Positions 57,688 to 64,000 of a stretch of DNA of 64,000 nucleotides are shown here, in pieces; the stretch's first letter is position 1, and each line of letters starts with the position of its first letter. The DNA is from Eledone cirrhosa (lineage: Eukaryota): contig OZ024765.1 in the NCBI GenBank assembly GCA_964016885.1, forward strand, positions 16,926,001 to 16,990,000, given 5' to 3'. Position numbers and translations under genes: made by a program. The notes under the pieces were generated by a model, which did not search any database, was not told the origin of the DNA, and worked only from the letters and a program-made list of their open reading frames with translations.

Positions 57688-58700
57688 AATATATAGACAA
57701 CTATCTGGTTGTGGAACCAACCAACCAACCAGAAATTTATAAATTTATAAATTTATTATAAATTTATTATAATAAATTGAAGTGAAAGCAACTGGTGGGT
57801 GTGTTTCTTATTGGCAACATGACCCTCCCAAAGTATAACAATATATATATATATATATATCGATTATAAAACTAAACTGTAAAGAATATTGATGTTTTAC
57901 ATTGAATTTACGAAGAACAATTTCTCACCCATCTATATATTACCAAAACTCTGAGTTTGCTTGCTTGTCTGTAATATAATTGTTTCTAATTTTGGCACAA
58001 GGCCAATATTACACAGTACATTACTGATACTTTATTTTATCGACCTCGCAAGGATGAGTGGCAAAGTTAACCTCGCCGAGATTTGAACTCAGATCGTAAA
58101 GGGAAGTAACTATGCTGGAAAGCATGTCCGACCCTCTACCGATACTGCCAATTCGTAATATAATACAGCCTAAAGGGCGTATGATGGGAAGATACTTTGA
58201 AAGGAAGTTGACTCTGAAATGGGAATACAAATGGAATATAACAAGTTTCGCGTAAATCGGACCACGGGTCCCCGAGATATGGGGTTTTCTGGGTACCTTC
58301 ATAAACAGAGAGAGAGGGGAGGGGGAGAAAGAGATAGTAGTTGAGAGAGAGAGGGGAGGGGGGGGGAGAAAGAGATAGTAGTTGAGAGAGAGAGATATAG
58401 AGAGGGGAGGGGGGAGAAAGAGATAGTAGTTGAGAGATAGAGATAGAGAGAGGGGAGGGGGGAGAAAGAGATAGTAGTTGAGAGAGAGAGATAGAGAGAG
58501 GAGACAGAGAAGGAGAATGGAAGAGAGCTGGTTGTGTTGTTGTGTATATATATATGCGTGTTTGCGTGTATATATATATATATGTGTGTGTATATGTGTG
58601 TGTGTGTTTGTGTGTCTATGACCAGTGCATATAGATTACAGATACCCACATATATACATACACACATACATACATATATATATACATACACATACACACG

Positions 58701-58732
<32 letters not shown>

Positions 58733-58862
58733 CACACGTATATATATATGGACCTTCCAGTTTAATTTCACATTATATACATGTCTGTGTATATTTTTAT
58801 TATTAAAAAATTACTTTTAAGTGAACGTGACCCAACGGGTGAGGGGTGATCTACTAATAATT

Positions 58863-59812
58863 CTAAGTCTAAAGCCTGTCTCGAGCGCGGAGCTCATCAG
58901 GCCGGTGCTTCTCAAGGTTGGTTTCAGTGGCGTCAAACGACTGAGAGTACAACACTCCACCCAAGATAGGACGACATTCCATCTCATATTATTTTCGGGG
59001 TCGATAAAATAAAGTACCAGTAATACACTGGGTAATTGCTGGACTTGTGCCTAACGTAGAAACGATTATTTTCAGCTGAGTTGACTGGAGCAACGTAAGA
59101 TGAAGTGTTTTGCTCAAGTACACAACACACAACCCAGTACAGGAATCGAACACACGACATTACGGTCGTAAGTCTAGCACCTTAACCACTGGAACAACGT
59201 AAAATGAAGTAATTTTCTCAAGAACACAACACACAACCCAGTACAAGAATCGAACACACGACATTAAGGTCGTAAGTCCAACACCTTAACCACTGGAACA
59301 ACTTAAAATGAAGTAATTTTCTCAAGAACACAACACACAACCCAGTACAGGAATCGAACACACGACATTACGGTCGTAAGCCAACACCTTAACCACTGGA
59401 ACAACGTAAAATGAAGTAATTTTCTCAAGAACACAACACACAACCCAGTACAGGAATCGAACACATGACATTACGGTCGTAAGTCTAGCACCTTAACCAC
59501 TGGAACAACGTAAAATGAAGTAATTTTCTCAAGAACACAACACACAACCCAGTACAGGAATCGAACACACGACATTACAGTCGTAAGTCTAGCACCTTAA
59601 CCACTGGAACAACGTAAAATGAAGTAATTTTCTCAAGAACACAACACACAACCCAGTACAGGAATCGAACACACGACATTACGGTCGTAAGTCTAGCACC
59701 TTAACCACTGGAACAACGTAAAATGAAGTAATTTTCTCAAGAACACAACACACAACCCAGTACAGGAATCGAACACACGACATTATGGTCGTAAGCCTAG
59801 CCATGTCCCTTC
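58863..59812 (-). mobile_element. CORE-type SINE with its head amplified ~7 times as a ~104-bp tandem repeat (59087-59800) and an S1 fragment inserted
   Basis: Unit on minus strand carries CAGTGGTTAAGGTG..GTTCGATTCC..GTGTTCTTGAG. Confidence 0.8.
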
Positions 59813-59889
59813 ACGGCCATGTAATACCTTTAGCGCCACAAACCCCTATTTCCAGAGAGACACTGTCTACACGCAAATTGTAAATAATA

Positions 59890-60976
59890 TCTCTCTATAT
59901 AAAATGCTTTGCCTGTCTGTCTGTTCCTATGCATTCTCAAACGACTTGACCAAATCAAATCAATGTTATCTAAAATAATTTACTATAGACAACTATGACA
60001 TTTTATCTAAAATAATTTACTATAGACAACTATGACATTTTATCTAAAATAATTTACTATAGACAACTATGACATTTTATCTAAAATAATTTACTATAGT
60101 CAACTATGACATTTTATCTAAAATAATTTACTGTAATCAACTATGACATTTTATCTAAAATAATCTTTCTATAGTCAACTATGACATTTTATCTAAAATA
60201 ACCTTTCTATTGTCGACTATAGTAAAGGACATTTTATACTACTACCATCAGAACAACGACGTCACATTTTGTATATGAGTGTGTGTGTGTGTGCGTGTGT
60301 GCCTGTGGGTGTGTTTGCAAGTTTGTTACATATGTTAGGCATCAGAGAATTAAACACACACACAAACCTACACATACATATAGCGTTAGTAATTTGCATA
60401 CACATTATCTTCACACAGAGAATTAAACACACACACGCATCTACACATACATATGTATATGTGTGACTGAATGTATGTCAGTGTGTGTGCCTTAGTATAT
60501 ATTAGTCAGTGTGGGTGAGTGTGGGTGAGTGTATGTGTGATAATTTTAATTTGCGAGTTTCTAAGGTATGTTATTAAATACACACAGACACACATCTACA
60601 CATACATATGTAGCGACTGACGAAAAAAAAAAAAAGAAATGAGGTGAAAAGCTATGCTTGTGTCTGCATGAATGTGTGTCTGTGTGTGTCTGTCTTAGTA
60701 TATATATGTGAGTGTGTATGTGTGTGTTCAGCAATAATTTATTCATTTGGACACCAACAAAAAATTACACAATGAATATTGTTTACCCTAAAGTGCTTGA
60801 AGATTGACAGATTTTCATTTCTAAATCTATTATCATTACAATTTTTGATATATTTAAAAAAAAAAAAATGAATATTTTGAAATAAGTATGAGAAAAAAAA
60901 TATAACTTCATATTTATTGTTTACTAATCTGAGTAAGAATAGCACTAACCCCGGCAACGCCGGGTAATTCAGCAAG
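59890..60976 (+). mobile_element. Non-autonomous Helitron-like element with an internal ~38-bp minisatellite (59965-60215)
   Basis: 5' A|TCTCTCTATATAAAA..GTCTGTCTGT; 3' CCCGGCAACGCCGGG hairpin then CAAG|T (variant of CTAG). Confidence 0.6.
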
Positions 60977-61808
60977 TGTATAATAAATTAAATCGTTAAT
61001 TTATATATAATAAATATAATAATATATACTGTATGAATAAATATATATATTTAATTTCTTCTATATTTATATAATATGTATCAGTTGATATTTAATATAC
61101 TATTATATTATCACTAGCACCCCTCCCCCACTGTCTTAGGTCCTAGCGACTCCCAGGACCTTCTCAATGCCCCCGGGGTGTAGTAGCACCCACTAGCAGC
61201 AACCTCTAGTGTAATATATATATAATTCATTGACGGAATATACAAGAGTAAATTCTATGAAAATCTTCGTAAACTAGAGCGTTGCTGTATCTACTTAATA
61301 TAAGTACACAAGAGGGAGCTGGATTAGTAGTGTTGGTCGCGAGACAGACAACATGCTTTATGGCATAGGGTTATGGCCTTTTACGCTCTGAGTTCAAACC
61401 CTGCCGAGGTTAGCTTTGCATTTCATCATGACGAGGTCGGTAAAATAAAGTACCAGTATTGCACTAGGGTAGATTTAATCGACATTCCCCTCTCTCCATA
61501 TTACTGGCCTAGTGTCTATAGTAGAAATCATCATTATTAATATAAAAGACAAGGGCGGTGGATTGGCAGTATCGGTACAGGGTCGATACCATGCTTTGCA
61601 GCATAGAGTTACGCCCCTTTACGGTCTGAGTTCAAATCCCAAATAAAGTATCAGTAATACACTGGAATAAATTGGTGGCCTTGTGCCAAAAGAAGAATCA
61701 ATTACTAATATCCAAAAAGAGGCGTTTCTCTGTCTGTCACACTTATATGTATATAGGACTGTAGAAGGAGCGGGCACCGTCTTTCCCCGCCCCCAGAATT
61801 GTTGGACT

Positions 61809-62760
61809 TGTGTCTAAATCAGAAACCAATATACACAAGACAACACCCAGTCCAAGAATTGTTCCCATGACATTATATTCGCAAGTCCAGACTTACCCCT
61901 AAGTCACCCGCTTTGTGTCTAAATCAGAAACCAATATACACAAGACAACACCTAGCCCAAGAATTGTTACCATGACATTATATTCGCAAGTCCAGACTTA
62001 CCCCTAAGCCACCCGCTTTGTGTCTAAATCAGAAACCAATTTACACAAGACAACACCTAGCCCAAGAATTGTTCCCATGGCATTATATTCGCAAGTCCAG
62101 ACTTACCCCTAAGTCACCCGCTTTGTGTCTAAATCTGAAACCAATATACACAAGACAACACCTAGCCCAAGAATTGTTCCCATGACATTATGTTTGCAAG
62201 TCCAGACTTACCCCTAAGTCACACGGCTTTGTGTCTAAATCAGAAACCAATATACACAAGACAACACCCAGTCCAAGAATTGTTTCCATGACATTATATT
62301 CTCAAGTCCAACAGACTTACCCCTAAGTCACCCGCTTTGTGTCTAAATCAGAAACCAATATACACAAGACAACACCCAGTCCAAGAATTGTTTCCATGAC
62401 ATTATATTCTCAAGTCCAACAGACTTACCCCTAAGTCACCCGCTTTGTGTCTAAATCAGAAACCAATATACACAAGACAACACCCAGTCCAAGAATTGTT
62501 ACCATGAGATTATATTCGCAAGTCCAGACTTACCCCTAAGTCACACGGCTTTGTGTCTAAATCAGAAACCAATATACACAAGACAACACCCAGTCCAAGA
62601 ATTGTTACCATGAGATTATATTCACAAGTCCAGACTTACCCCTAAGTCACCCGCTTTGTGTCTAAATCAGAAACCAATATACACAAGACAACACCCAGAC
62701 CAAGAATTGTTCCCATGACATTATGTTCGCAAGTCCAGATTTACCATTAAGCCAGCCACT
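61809..62760. repeat. ~105-bp minisatellite, 9 copies, SINE-derived chimera
   Basis: TGTGTCTAAATCAGAAACCAAT.. at 61809, 61914, 62019, 62124, 62230, 62338, 62446, 62552, 62657. Confidence 0.9.
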
Positions 62761-63067
62761 TCAAGCTTAACCATGATTGCTTCTTGAATAAGTGTGTTGA
62801 AACATTTTCCTTCGGCTTACGTAATATATATTTAGTTGATGTAATATGCAATAAATATCATTAAAATCTTTATAATTGTAAAACGCGAACGTTGCTATCT
62901 CTTCTAAATACACACATTAGATTTATAAGCAGGATTGGTAAATAGATGTATCACATTAATATTCTATAGAATATTGTGACTCAATTATCTCATTCTTCTG
63001 ACAATATATTCTAAACTATTTATCAACAGGCCAAAGCAGATTTTCATTTAATATCTCTATAAATTAT

Positions 63068-63178
63068 AATTGTTTCTACTACAAGCACAAGGTCGGTCAT
63101 TTGGGGAGAGGGAAATGTCGATTAAATCGACCCCAGTATATTACTGATACTTTATTTCATCGACCCCGTAAGGGATTG

Positions 63179-63218
<40 letters not shown>

Positions 63219-63256
63219 TTTCATTTATTAGTCACAAGGGCCGACATGTAGGGGAC

Positions 63257-63304
<48 letters not shown>

Positions 63305-63812
63305 TGTTTCTACTTTTGGCACAAGGCCAGAAATACCCAGTGTATTACTGGTACTTTATTTTATCGACCCCGTAAGGATGAAAGGCAAAGTTAACCTCGG
63401 CGAGATTTGAACTAAGAATGGAAAGGGCCGTAACTCTATGCGTCAAAGCATGGCGTCCGACCCTCTACCGATACTGCCAATCCACCGCCCTTAATAATAA
63501 TAATTGTTTCTACTATAGGCACAAGGCCAGCAATTACCCAGTGCATTACTGGTACTTTATTTTATCGACCCCGTAAGGATGAAAGGTAAAGTTCACCTCG
63601 GTGGGATTTGAACTCAGGGTTTGAACTTTGAATAAATGATTGTTTCTACTTTTTGGTACAAGGCCAGCAATTACTCAGTGTATTACTGGTACTTTCTTTT
63701 ATCGACCCCATAAGGATGAAAGGCAAAGTTAACCTCGGCGGCATTTGAACTCAAAATGGCAAGGGCTGTAACTCTATGCGTCAAAGCATGGCGTCCGACC
63801 GTCTCCCGATAC
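63068..63812 (-). mobile_element. Head-to-tail cluster of four S1 SINEs with (AAT)n spacers
   Basis: Copies ~63068-63172, 63302-63490, 63501-63617, 63638-63812. Confidence 0.9.
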
Positions 63813-64000
63813 TTTGAATATTACATAAATTATCTACTAAATTTCGTGGCTGTTGATTAAATGTTTTGTTTATTTAAAGATTCACTTCTTTAAAATTTCT
63901 GAAATGTCAACACTTCCGGTTGGCCGTCGCTTAAATAAACATACTAATTTTCTGTCACTAATTTTCTCCTAATGTAGTTTATATATAATATTGTCTTTTT

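Overview
Eukaryotic, AT-rich, repeat-saturated genomic DNA; the SINE repertoire is typical of octopod cephalopods (inference). No intact protein-coding gene is recognisable, and most ORF-track entries are microsatellite translations. 1-14057 is a ~4.58-kb macrosatellite (3 full units plus the start of a 4th) ending at a 200-N gap. Each unit holds four paralogous TATA + A-box + B-box (Pol III-type) tRNA-like genes around a 61-bp inverted repeat with ETS motifs, two diverged 3'-exon-like modules and an old CR1-group LINE fragment. 14258-64000 is a mosaic of micro/minisatellites, two tRNA-SINE families, decayed Penelope-like elements (RT, GIY-YIG) with many minimal hammerhead ribozymes often in fold-back palindromes in (TA)n tracts, RTE, R4/Dong, CRE and Tx1 LINE fragments, a deleted mariner and Helitron ends. 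Coordinates were read by eye and may be off by a few bases.
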